This document shows, in pieces, positions 1-8,700 of a stretch of DNA of 64,000 bases. Made by a program: the position numbers and the translations under genes. The first letter of the stretch is position 1, and each line of letters opens with the position of its first letter. The notes beneath the pieces were generated by a model. It was not told where the DNA came from. It saw nothing but the letters and a program-made list of their open reading frames with translations, and ran no database searches. The stretch comes from Alphaproteobacteria bacterium (GTDB lineage: Bacteria; Pseudomonadota; Alphaproteobacteria; JASGCL01), in assembly GCA_051010635.1 (NCBI GenBank), contig JBPCVJ010000039.1, positions 2,489 to 66,488 of the forward strand, written 5' to 3'.

Positions 1-2
1 TT

Positions 3-554
3 ATGCCAGATAAAATAAATATAGATAATAAATACCACCCCAGCAAAAATTATATATTGCGGGGTAAAAATGCCCTTATTCGTTCGGTAAGAATAGATGA
101 TGCAGAATTTATTTTATCATTAAGAACAGATAAAACATTAACCCAATATCTTCACCAAGTGGATGATGATATTGATAAACAAATTCTATTTATAAAAAAT
201 GACACAAAGAAAAATTATTATTTTATCAGCGAAGACCTATCTGGCAATCGCTATGGCACCATACGCGTTACCAATATCAGAGAAAATAGTTTTACCATTA
301 GCTCATGGCTTACAGGAAAAAATGCACCGATGGGTTTATCCGTCACCGCAATGTTGTTAAGTTATGATTTTGGTTTTTTTAATTTAAATAAAGGTTATAA
401 TTTTTTTAATGTTAGAAAAAACAATATATCGGTTGCTAATTTTCACAAAATTTTTGGCGACACTATTATTGATGAAGATGAACAAAATTATTATTATATT
501 CTGCATAAAAGTGAATATATAAAAATAAGGGATAAATATAAACAATTTTTATAA
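3..554 (+). CDS. GNAT-family N-acetyltransferase (putative). It starts 2 bp from the window edge and may be 5'-partial.
   Basis: 183 aa, the size of a GNAT domain, with a loose acetyltransferase-like motif pattern (RSVRIDDAEFILSLR ... YGTIRV ... GKNAPMG). It is divergent from the neighbouring ligase/SDR/ACP operon. I cannot verify a start upstream of the window. Confidence 0.45.
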   Translation: MPDKINIDNKYHPSKNYILRGKNALIRSVRIDDAEFILSLRTDKTLTQYLHQVDDDIDKQILFIKNDTKKNYYFISEDLSGNRYGTIRVTNIRENSFTISSWLTGKNAPMGLSVTAMLLSYDFGFFNLNKGYNFFNVRKNNISVANFHKIFGDTIIDEDEQNYYYILHKSEYIKIRDKYKQFL

Positions 555-588
555 ATCAAAAATCTGCCCTTTTTTGCTAATAATAGGA

Positions 589-1896
589 TTATAATTTTTT
601 AAAACGATGACTAATATTGATATCATTAAAATAAAACCGATGCGGCACCATTTGCGGCGGCATATTTATTTTACAATATTCTAGCAGATGTTTTTTATCA
701 GGCGTTTCATTATTTTTATAATTAACAGTAACCGCAATATGTTGGCCAACAATAGGATTCGTTTCGGCAAAAACTTTAACCATAGAAATTTTAGGATGTA
801 ACATCAATATATCTTCAACCTGACTAGCCAAAAATTTTATACCACCAACATTTATAACCTCATTATCACGACCAAGAATTTTAATATAACCATTTTTTTC
901 TTCCACTATATCATGCGTGTTATAAAAACCATCTTTATCAAATGGCGATGGTGCATTGATATACCCCATCATGCAATTGGGATTTTTTATATATAAAATT
1001 TTGTTAATAATTTTTGTTTCAACAGCTTCACCGCCAATTTTCATATAAAGACTATCATCGCTTTCGCTTTTGGTAGATAAAATACCAATTTCTGATGCAC
1101 CATAAGTTTGTTTTAATTTTACCTGAGGCAAATTTTTATGAAATTTATTCAATGTCGCCTGATCCATTTTTTCTGTTCCATAAGTAATTATTTTTATAGA
1201 TGGTGGAAAATTTTTAGGAAAATCACTTGACAATAATAGCATTCTCATAAAAGTAGGTGAAACAGGCATATTTTCCACATTATATTTTTTACATAAATTG
1301 ATGATATGGTCGATTGATCTTTGACTAGGTGCGACAATCAAATTTTGATTAAAAAGCGAATGAAGCAATGTATTAATACCGCCAATATGATCAAACAATA
1401 AAAAGCTTAATGTAATCAAGATAGGTCGGGGTTTATTATATTTTTTCAAAAATAATGAAACATCATGCAAAATCGCTTTTGGTTTTCCGGTTATGCCAGA
1501 CGAAAAAAGAATTAACCCGGGTTTGTTTGCGGTGCGTAATTTTTCAATCAATTCATGTTTTTGTTGATGCTTTCTGCGAATAATTTTATTATTTTCAATG
1601 ATAACATCTACCAAACCATTCATAAAAAAATCATCATGTTGCACACGAGTAGAAATAGTTAGTGGCATAATAATGGCATTTTTTTCCACCAACAATATCA
1701 ATGTCATAATTGATTGTGGATTAAAATCACCAATCAAAGCAACCACATCACCAGATTTAATAGATGATAAATCTATTGTTTTTTTGGCATCTAATATATC
1801 TTGAAAAAAATATTCTTTGTTATCATACACAAGAAAAGCTTTTGCCTCATCCCGCCATATATTGACCAAATGTTCAAGCATCTTAAATTCCCCCAA
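589..1896 (-). CDS. Adenylate-forming enzyme (AMP-binding acyl-CoA/acyl-carrier-protein synthetase family)
   Basis: Motifs seen in translation: SSGITGKPKAIL (AMP-binding P-loop-like motif I), QTYGASE (motif II), YNTHDIV and ILGRDNEVINVGGIK (GRxD..K hinge). At 435 aa it is shorter than classical FadD enzymes. Its start overlaps the upstream SDR stop by 14 nt, which suggests an operon. Confidence 0.8.
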   Translation of the reverse strand: MGEFKMLEHLVNIWRDEAKAFLVYDNKEYFFQDILDAKKTIDLSSIKSGDVVALIGDFNPQSIMTLILLVEKNAIIMPLTISTRVQHDDFFMNGLVDVIIENNKIIRRKHQQKHELIEKLRTANKPGLILFSSGITGKPKAILHDVSLFLKKYNKPRPILITLSFLLFDHIGGINTLLHSLFNQNLIVAPSQRSIDHIINLCKKYNVENMPVSPTFMRMLLLSSDFPKNFPPSIKIITYGTEKMDQATLNKFHKNLPQVKLKQTYGASEIGILSTKSESDDSLYMKIGGEAVETKIINKILYIKNPNCMMGYINAPSPFDKDGFYNTHDIVEEKNGYIKILGRDNEVINVGGIKFLASQVEDILMLHPKISMVKVFAETNPIVGQHIAVTVNYKNNETPDKKHLLEYCKINMPPQMVPHRFYFNDINISHRFKKL

Positions 1897-2560
1897 CTGA
1901 CAAAACCTCTCCTGTTATAGATGATAATTTCTTATCCAATAATGCCTCAACCAAACTAGCAATATCATCTGGCTTAAATTGTTTTTGTATAATTTGATGA
2001 GAAAGAATTGATTGTATATTTTTATCAGGAACACCCTTTAACAAATCAGTATCAATAGGACCTGGTGCAATGCAATTAACTTGTATATTAAAATCTGCCA
2101 TTTCTTTTGCAAATGCACGGCTAAACCCTTCAATCCCAGATTTAGCTGCCACATAAATAGATTCCCCCTTAAGAGCAATCATCACCGCAATAGTTGAAAA
2201 ATTAATAATATGACCAGCCGCTTGACGCATCATTAATGGTGCAAAGACTTGGCAAGCAAAAATTGTTCCTAACAAATTTGTTTCAATAATTTGCCTTGTT
2301 TTCTTTTCAGTCGTAGTAATAGCTAAATTCATTGCCGCAATACCAGCCGCATTAATAAGACCTGTAATAGATTTTTTTTGTTTTTTTAATTCATGTGCTA
2401 TTTTTTTTAAATCTTCAAAGCACGCCACATCGACAGCATAAGTTTTAAAATCCGCTGAAAAAGACTCGCGCGAAATACCTATCACTTCATGCCCATTGCT
2501 ATAAAGCCGATTGGCTATAGCTAACCCCAACCCCTTTCGTGCGCCAGTTATAATTATCAT
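1883..2560 (-). CDS. Short-chain dehydrogenase/reductase (FabG-like 3-oxoacyl reductase)
   Basis: N-terminal Rossmann motif IIITGARKGLGLAIANRL. The catalytic region contains YVAAKSG (YxxxK). The 225 aa size is typical for an SDR. Confidence 0.8.
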   Translation of the reverse strand: MIIITGARKGLGLAIANRLYSNGHEVIGISRESFSADFKTYAVDVACFEDLKKIAHELKKQKKSITGLINAAGIAAMNLAITTTEKKTRQIIETNLLGTIFACQVFAPLMMRQAAGHIINFSTIAVMIALKGESIYVAAKSGIEGFSRAFAKEMADFNIQVNCIAPGPIDTDLLKGVPDKNIQSILSHQIIQKQFKPDDIASLVEALLDKKLSSITGEVLSVGGI

Positions 2561-2567
2561 GTTATTT

Positions 2568-2846
2568 TTATGTTGTTTGTTTTATAAATTCGTCAATCAA
2601 ACTACCAACATCCTTAAACATACTACGCGTTTCTGATAATGTACTATCAGAGGTATAAACAAATTCTTTTCCATTCTCATTGGCATAATCTTCTAAAGCC
2701 AAACAAATCCTAACCAAATTTAATGAATCAACACCCGACTGCGAACCAATGAGTTTTGTTTGTTCAGATATAACTCCCCCCCCCTCAGATGGCAAAAGGG
2801 CATCCTGAATAACCTGTAATATTTTATCTCTCATACTTAAACTCAA
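2568..2846 (-). CDS. Acyl carrier protein (phosphopantetheine-binding)
   Basis: 92 aa and acidic. It contains GVDSLNLVRICLALE, which resembles the DSL phosphopantetheine attachment motif. It is the first gene of the ACP-SDR-ligase operon. It contains a G9 homopolymer on the coding strand (the C9 run at plus-strand 2776-2784). Confidence 0.7.
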   Translation of the reverse strand: MSLSMRDKILQVIQDALLPSEGGGVISEQTKLIGSQSGVDSLNLVRICLALEDYANENGKEFVYTSDSTLSETRSMFKDVGSLIDEFIKQTT

Positions 2847-2868
2847 TTAAGATAAATTTATTTTTGTG

Positions 2869-2940
2869 TCAAGAAAATTTATAATGCTATAGAAATGTCT
2901 ACCGCTGTGCCATTATTGATAATCAGGCTGTTGATTTTTT
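2869..2940. repeat. 72-bp direct repeat, copy 1: an orphan copy of the glpX 3' end
   Basis: It is identical over 72 bp to 4291-4362, apart from one fewer T in the terminal T-run. On the minus strand it encodes ...INSLIINNGTAVDISIAL*, the same tail as glpX, but it is not attached to a gene. Confidence 0.9.
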
Positions 2941-3092
2941 CATGGCGGCGGACAAGGTTTATTTTGGGCAGGGGGCGAGTGGTGGTTAAGATGTTTGGGG
3001 CAGACCCCGCCATTTTTTTGCTTGTTTGGGGTTAAGAAACTGCTATAGAGTAAAATATTATTAATTGAATGAAATAAATTAAAGATGGATAT

Positions 3093-4265
3093 ATGGCAGA
3101 ATCAAAAAAAATGATGGTAGATAATGATATGAATTTTTCTTGGGAAAAAAATAAAGTTGTAAAATCACAATTTTTTTTAGAATTATTACACAAGGTTTTT
3201 TTATCATTAAAAACTCCACCAGTTAAAAATAATTGGGACGAATTATTGTGGGGTAAAATTGGTGTAGCTGGCGGTTTTATATTGGATTATCATAGGCGTA
3301 ATTTGCCAAAAGGGGGAGAGCCTTTCATCGGTGGGGAAAAAAACTTTTTGTATATTTTGGAGCATATTGATGATTTTCAAAAGGCACATGATTTATTGGC
3401 AGATAAAGAATCAAAAAACCTTTATAAAGAATTATTGGTTTATCGGCTGTTGGGACCTCGTTATGCCAAACTTTCTATTAACAATGAAACCTATTGGCAT
3501 AAAAGACAACAGGCATTACAATATAAATTACAAGATTATGACAAAAACACAACGCCCGCTTCCTTAAACAATCCCCTTGAAACATTCTATTATTTTACTT
3601 TACCACTAGGTGATAAAAAAACAAAAATTATCAATCCGCTTTTTACTTTTTTTACTTCCTTTTTTATCAAACAATATTTTTTTCAGCGGCAAACAATTTC
3701 TATAACGGTTGAGCCCAATGATGTTATTTTAGATTTTGGATCTTTTTTGGGCGAATCGGCGATTGCTTTTTCCCATGCCACCCATCATCAATGCCAAATC
3801 TATTGCTTTGAATGCGAACCTTATAATCTTGAAGTATTCTACAAAAATCTTGCTAATAATCCTGATAGCAAGAAAAATATTCATATTATTGAGGAGGTGG
3901 TGATGGACCACCCCAACCATGAACTTTATATCATGTCCTTAAAAGCCGAAAGCCGATTAACCAGCGATGCCAAACAAGGTAAGAAAGTTCCTGTTACCAC
4001 CATTGATAATTTTATGGAGGATAAAAAACTTAATAGAATTAATTTTATCAAAATGGATATTCAAGGGTCAGAAGCAAAAGCACTTAAAGGAGGCATTGCC
4101 ACAATAAAAAAACACAAACCAAAATTAGCGATTAGTATTTATCATACTATGGACGACTTGTGGCAAATTATTCATTACCTTGATGGGTTGCAGCTTGGCT
4201 ATCAATTTTACATTGATCATCATTCTTTGACTGAAAATGAAACTATTTTATATGCTAAAGTATAA
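3093..4265 (+). CDS. FkbM-family SAM-dependent methyltransferase with a roughly 200-aa N-terminal extension
   Basis: The C-terminal half contains ILDFGSFLGESAIAF (SAM-binding Gly-rich region) and INFIKMDIQGSEAKALKGG, which matches the FkbM-family hallmark (xDxEGxE-type). It sits between the two copies of the 72-bp repeat. Confidence 0.75.
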   Translation: MAESKKMMVDNDMNFSWEKNKVVKSQFFLELLHKVFLSLKTPPVKNNWDELLWGKIGVAGGFILDYHRRNLPKGGEPFIGGEKNFLYILEHIDDFQKAHDLLADKESKNLYKELLVYRLLGPRYAKLSINNETYWHKRQQALQYKLQDYDKNTTPASLNNPLETFYYFTLPLGDKKTKIINPLFTFFTSFFIKQYFFQRQTISITVEPNDVILDFGSFLGESAIAFSHATHHQCQIYCFECEPYNLEVFYKNLANNPDSKKNIHIIEEVVMDHPNHELYIMSLKAESRLTSDAKQGKKVPVTTIDNFMEDKKLNRINFIKMDIQGSEAKALKGGIATIKKHKPKLAISIYHTMDDLWQIIHYLDGLQLGYQFYIDHHSLTENETILYAKV

Positions 4266-4290
4266 CAGGTAAAAAAGGATTTTTTATTCA

Positions 4291-4362
4291 TCAAGAAAAT
4301 TTATAATGCTATAGAAATGTCTACCGCTGTGCCATTATTGATAATCAGGCTGTTGATTTTTT
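4291..4362. repeat. 72-bp direct repeat, copy 2: the genuine 3' end of glpX
   Basis: Identical to 2869-2940. It overlaps the last roughly 20 codons of glpX. Confidence 0.9.
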
Positions 4363-5257
4363 TGGGCGATACGCCTTGTAATAACATACCATCGGTGATG
4401 CCAGTTAATATCACTGCCATATTTTTTTCATCATCGGTTTTTATAAAATCATCGGTTTGATACCATTTGGTAAAATCATAATTTTCTTTTTCTAAAATTT
4501 TTTTTTCATCATTTGATTGTGGGGCAAAGCGTGCCAAAAATTCGCCCTTAAGAATTTTTGCTATCATAGCGTTTACCACCCCTTCGGGCGAACCACCCAC
4601 CCCCAGCAAGGCATCAACCTTTGGCTGATGCATGAATTTATTTTCGCTGATGGCTAAAACTGCCCCCGCAATATCGCCAGCGGGTATAGCTATCATACGC
4701 GCACCATGTTTTATGATGGCTTGTTTGATGTTGCTATGGCGATGTTTATCCAGCAGATAGATAACCAAGTCTTTTGTTTTTTTTTCTAAAATATCCGCCA
4801 GATGCGGTAGAAATGTTTCATAATTCAATTCGCCATTTAGAAATTTTTTATCAATTTTACCTTTGGCATAAGGTGGTAGGGCAATTTTATCCATATAATA
4901 ACTTTTGCCACAATCCATCATAGTATTTTTGGGCGATAGTGCCAAAACCACCAAACTATTGCCCAAACCATGGGCAAAAAAGCTAGTGCATTCCAGCGGG
5001 TCAATTGCCAAATCATACAACCATTCTGTATTTTTATCGCCAACCATTTCGCCACGATAAAGTGCAGGGGCATTATCTTTTTCGCCTTCGCCAATTATCA
5101 CCTTTGCTTGAAAGGGCGCTTTATCAAAACCTTGCCGTAAATGATGCACACAAACCCCATCAGCCATATCTTTATCGCCTGCCCCCCACAGCGGTAAAAC
5201 GGCACGGGCGGTTGATGCGGCTAATTGATGCAAAAATTCCAGATGCAATTTTTGCAT
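4301..5257 (-). CDS. glpX: Fructose-1,6-bisphosphatase class II (GlpX)
   Basis: Strong similarity to the GlpX family: GEGEKDNAPALYRGE, AIDPLE, LDKHRH and GVGGSPEGVV align with the E. coli GlpX blocks GEGEIDEAPMLYIGE, AVDPIE, LAKPRH and GIGGAPEGVV. Confidence 0.9.
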   Translation of the reverse strand: MQKLHLEFLHQLAASTARAVLPLWGAGDKDMADGVCVHHLRQGFDKAPFQAKVIIGEGEKDNAPALYRGEMVGDKNTEWLYDLAIDPLECTSFFAHGLGNSLVVLALSPKNTMMDCGKSYYMDKIALPPYAKGKIDKKFLNGELNYETFLPHLADILEKKTKDLVIYLLDKHRHSNIKQAIIKHGARMIAIPAGDIAGAVLAISENKFMHQPKVDALLGVGGSPEGVVNAMIAKILKGEFLARFAPQSNDEKKILEKENYDFTKWYQTDDFIKTDDEKNMAVILTGITDGMLLQGVSPKKINSLIINNGTAVDISIAL

Positions 5258-5266
5258 AAGGGGAGT

Positions 5267-5626
5267 TTATTTTTTGGTTTGCGGGGCGGTGCCAGCGGGC
5301 ACGCCACGACTATCTAATTTATATTCATTGGCAACGGGGTTTGTGGTTTGCACAGGGGAAGCACCAGCGGGTGTTTGATTGGGGTTGGCACGCCCCAACA
5401 CGCCATTTTGTTCTAATTTTTGCACCATACCATTCAAATCACCAAACATTTTTAGAAAACCATTTAGCGGTATAATCAAGCGATGGCATGGCACCAATTC
5501 GGGGTTGGCTTGGGGATTGGCAGGATCGCCCTGAACTGAACCAAAATCAATACGCACCATACCGCCGCTTAAGGAAAGATTCACCGTGGCATCGGCAAAA
5601 TATTCGGGGATAGTTTTATTAACCAT
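5267..5626 (-). CDS. Hypothetical Pro/Gln/Asn/Gly-rich protein
   Basis: A 119-aa ORF with locally higher GC. No recognisable motif. It is co-directional with, and downstream of, the giant repeat protein. Confidence 0.3.
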   Translation of the reverse strand: MVNKTIPEYFADATVNLSLSGGMVRIDFGSVQGDPANPQANPELVPCHRLIIPLNGFLKMFGDLNGMVQKLEQNGVLGRANPNQTPAGASPVQTTNPVANEYKLDSRGVPAGTAPQTKK

Positions 5627-5754
5627 AATATTTATTTATAGCAAATGGGCGATGGCTGTCAAGGTTATTTTTTATTTTTGTTATATCATCAATTCGCTAT
5701 TTTTATAGATAATAAAGCATGACCGAAATAGCAAGTATAAAGCACCAGCGGGGT

Positions 5755-8700
5755 TTAGATAAAATTAATATTATCTTGCCCGCCCACTAGGTCAAGGAAT
5801 TGTTGGTAAGTTAGGGCGGCAGTGCCATTTTGGTCAAGGCTAAGACCATTAGGGGTTGCGAATTCGCCATTCAAGTTCGGGCTTTGCCAATCAAATGCAT
5901 TAAAATTATCTTTATCGCCATAGATATAAATTCGGTCATTTCCTGTGCCATCGCCATCAATATCAAACATAATATGACCCGTGCCATCATTGGCATTATC
6001 TTGAATAAAATACCAATGGTACTGGTTTTGATTGCCATCAGGGTCGGTGAAGACAATAAAACTATCATCTAAATTATCAGCGGTTAAGTTATGATAATTT
6101 TTGCCATCATCATTGGTATAATGTGCGTTGGAAAAATAAATATCTGCCGATAGAATAACATTGCCATTGTATATGGCATCATCAACATAAATAGGGGTGT
6201 TGGGTGGTGGGTGGTTTGGGGATTCATTAATATCAACCAAAGACAAAATGAAAGTTTGGGTTATGGATAGGGCGCCATCGCCCACCCCCGCACCACCATC
6301 TGTGCCGATAGCATTGATGGTGATGGTAAAATAATTGCCAGCATGGCCATTATATGTGCCCTCATAATCAAGGCTTGATATAAGGGTCAAAACACCTTCG
6401 GTATCTATCATGAATAGATTGCTATCAGTGCCGCCTATGCTGTAGCTAATATCTGCACCATCGGTATCGACTGCGGTGAAGGTGGTGATGGTTAAATCAG
6501 ATGCATTATTTTCATTGACCGTCGTCCCAGCACTTTGTGTGCCAGACCATTCGGTCATTTCATCGTTAACATTGTTGATGCTTAAAACAAATATTTGGGT
6601 TATCGCCGATGTGCCATCGCCCACCATAATGCCATCGGCTGTGCCGATGGCATTAATTGTTATGGTAAAATAATTGCCATCATAACCGCCATAGATGCCT
6701 TCATAATCGATCGTAGATTTTAAGCTCAACCCCCCCATATTATCAATCGAAAATAAATTGCTATTGATACCGCTGAGAGAATAGGCAATGCCAGCTCCAT
6801 CGGCATCGGTTGCTATAAAGGTGGCAAAGGCTACATTGACAACATCGTTTTCATCTATCACCGCCCCCGCATTTTGTGTGCCAGACCATTCGGTTGGTTG
6901 GTCATTAAGGTTTGTTTCATTGGTGCCATCATTGTTGATGGTTAAAATAAAAGTTTGGCTAAGAATCAAAGCACCATCACCCACCCCATCTCCACCGCTG
7001 GTGCCAATCGCATGGATGGTGATGGTAAAATAATTACCATAATGACCATTATAAGTTTTTTCATAATCAATGCTGGATTTTAGGGTTAAAACCCCCGCTG
7101 TATCTATAGCAAATAAATTTCTATCATCGCCTGCTATACTATAGCTAATATCCGCCCCATCGGCATCGGTTGCCATAAAGGTGGCAAGGCTTACATCAAC
7201 CGCATTATTTTCATTGATGGCGGCACCTGTGCTTGGTGTGCTAAGCCATGCGGTTGGTTGGTCATTCACATCAACTTCGTCTTCGTCGCCAACACTTAAA
7301 ATAAAAATTTGGGTTATTGCCAATGCACCACCGCCTATGCCTTGCCCACCGCCTGTGCCAAGTGCGTGGATAGTGATGGTAAAATAATCCCCCCGATGCT
7401 CATGATAGGTTTCTTCATAATCAATGCTGGATTTCAAAATTAAAACACCATTGTCATCAATAGTAAATAAATCACTATCATCGCCTGTGATACTATAGCT
7501 AATTCCTACCCCATCGGCATCGGTTGCCGTAAAGGTGGTTAATACCAATTCAGAAACATTATTTTCATCGATCATGACTCCTGAACTCGGCGTGCCAGAC
7601 CAAATTGCCATTTGATCATTAACATTGGGATCATCCACCCCATCATCAATCACAGTTAAAATAAAAGTTTGGGTTATCGCCAAAGCACCATCGCCTCTTC
7701 CAAAGCCATCGCTTGTGCCAAATGCACGAATGGTTATCGTAAAATAATTCGCAACATGGTTATTATAGGTTGTCTCATAATCAATGCTGGATTTTAAAAT
7801 TAAAACACCATTTTCATCAATGCTAAATAAATTACTATCAGTCCCAATGATACTATAATCAATGTCGGTCCCATCGGCATCTATAGCGGTAAAGGTGGCT
7901 AACATCAATTCAGAGGCATTATCTTCATTAATCATGCCGCCCGTGCTTGGTGTGCCAGACCAAATTGCCATTTGATCATTGCTGTTAGGTTCGTCTTGAT
8001 TATTAAGCGTTAAAATAAATATTTGGCTGATAGATAATGCACCATCGCCCACCCCCGCACCACCATCTGTGCCTATCGCATTGATGGTGATGGTAAAATA
8101 ATTGCCATTATGACGATTATATATGCCCTCATAATCAAGGCTGGATAGGAGAGTCAAAGCACCTTGCGAATCTATGGTGAATAGGTTGGTATCGGTGCCT
8201 GTGATGCTATAATTGATATTGTTGCCATCAAAGTCAATAGCACTAAAAATAGTCAATATCAGACCAGAAGCATTATTTTCATCAATCATTTCACCCGCAC
8301 TTGGTGTATCCGCCCATCTGGTAGGTTGGTCGTTAAGATTCAGTTCGTTAATCCCATCATTGCCAATGCTTACAACAAAATTTTGGGTTAAAACAATTCC
8401 ACCCGCACCCACACCATCACCGCCTGCCGTGCCGATCGCATTGATAGTAATGGTATATTGATGACTAACCGTTTCATAATCAAGCAATGATATAAATGTT
8501 AGAATACCAGTATCGCTATCAATAGAAAAATAAACACTATCTGTTCCAGTAATTGAATAACTGATACCTGCACCATCATCATCAATAGCGGTAAAAGTGG
8601 TTATCACCACATCGGTTGTATCTTCTTCAATAATAAAAATATCCGAAGTTTGATTATCCGACCAAATGGTTGGTTGGTCATTAACATCGGGGTCATTCAC

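Noticed and set aside
2941-3030. A GC-richer stretch with a small hairpin (GGGGCAGACCCCGCC followed by a T7 run) just after repeat copy 1
   Set aside because: It may be debris from the insertion event or a weak terminator. There is no clear gene or RNA signature, and it is covered under the 72-bp repeat finding.
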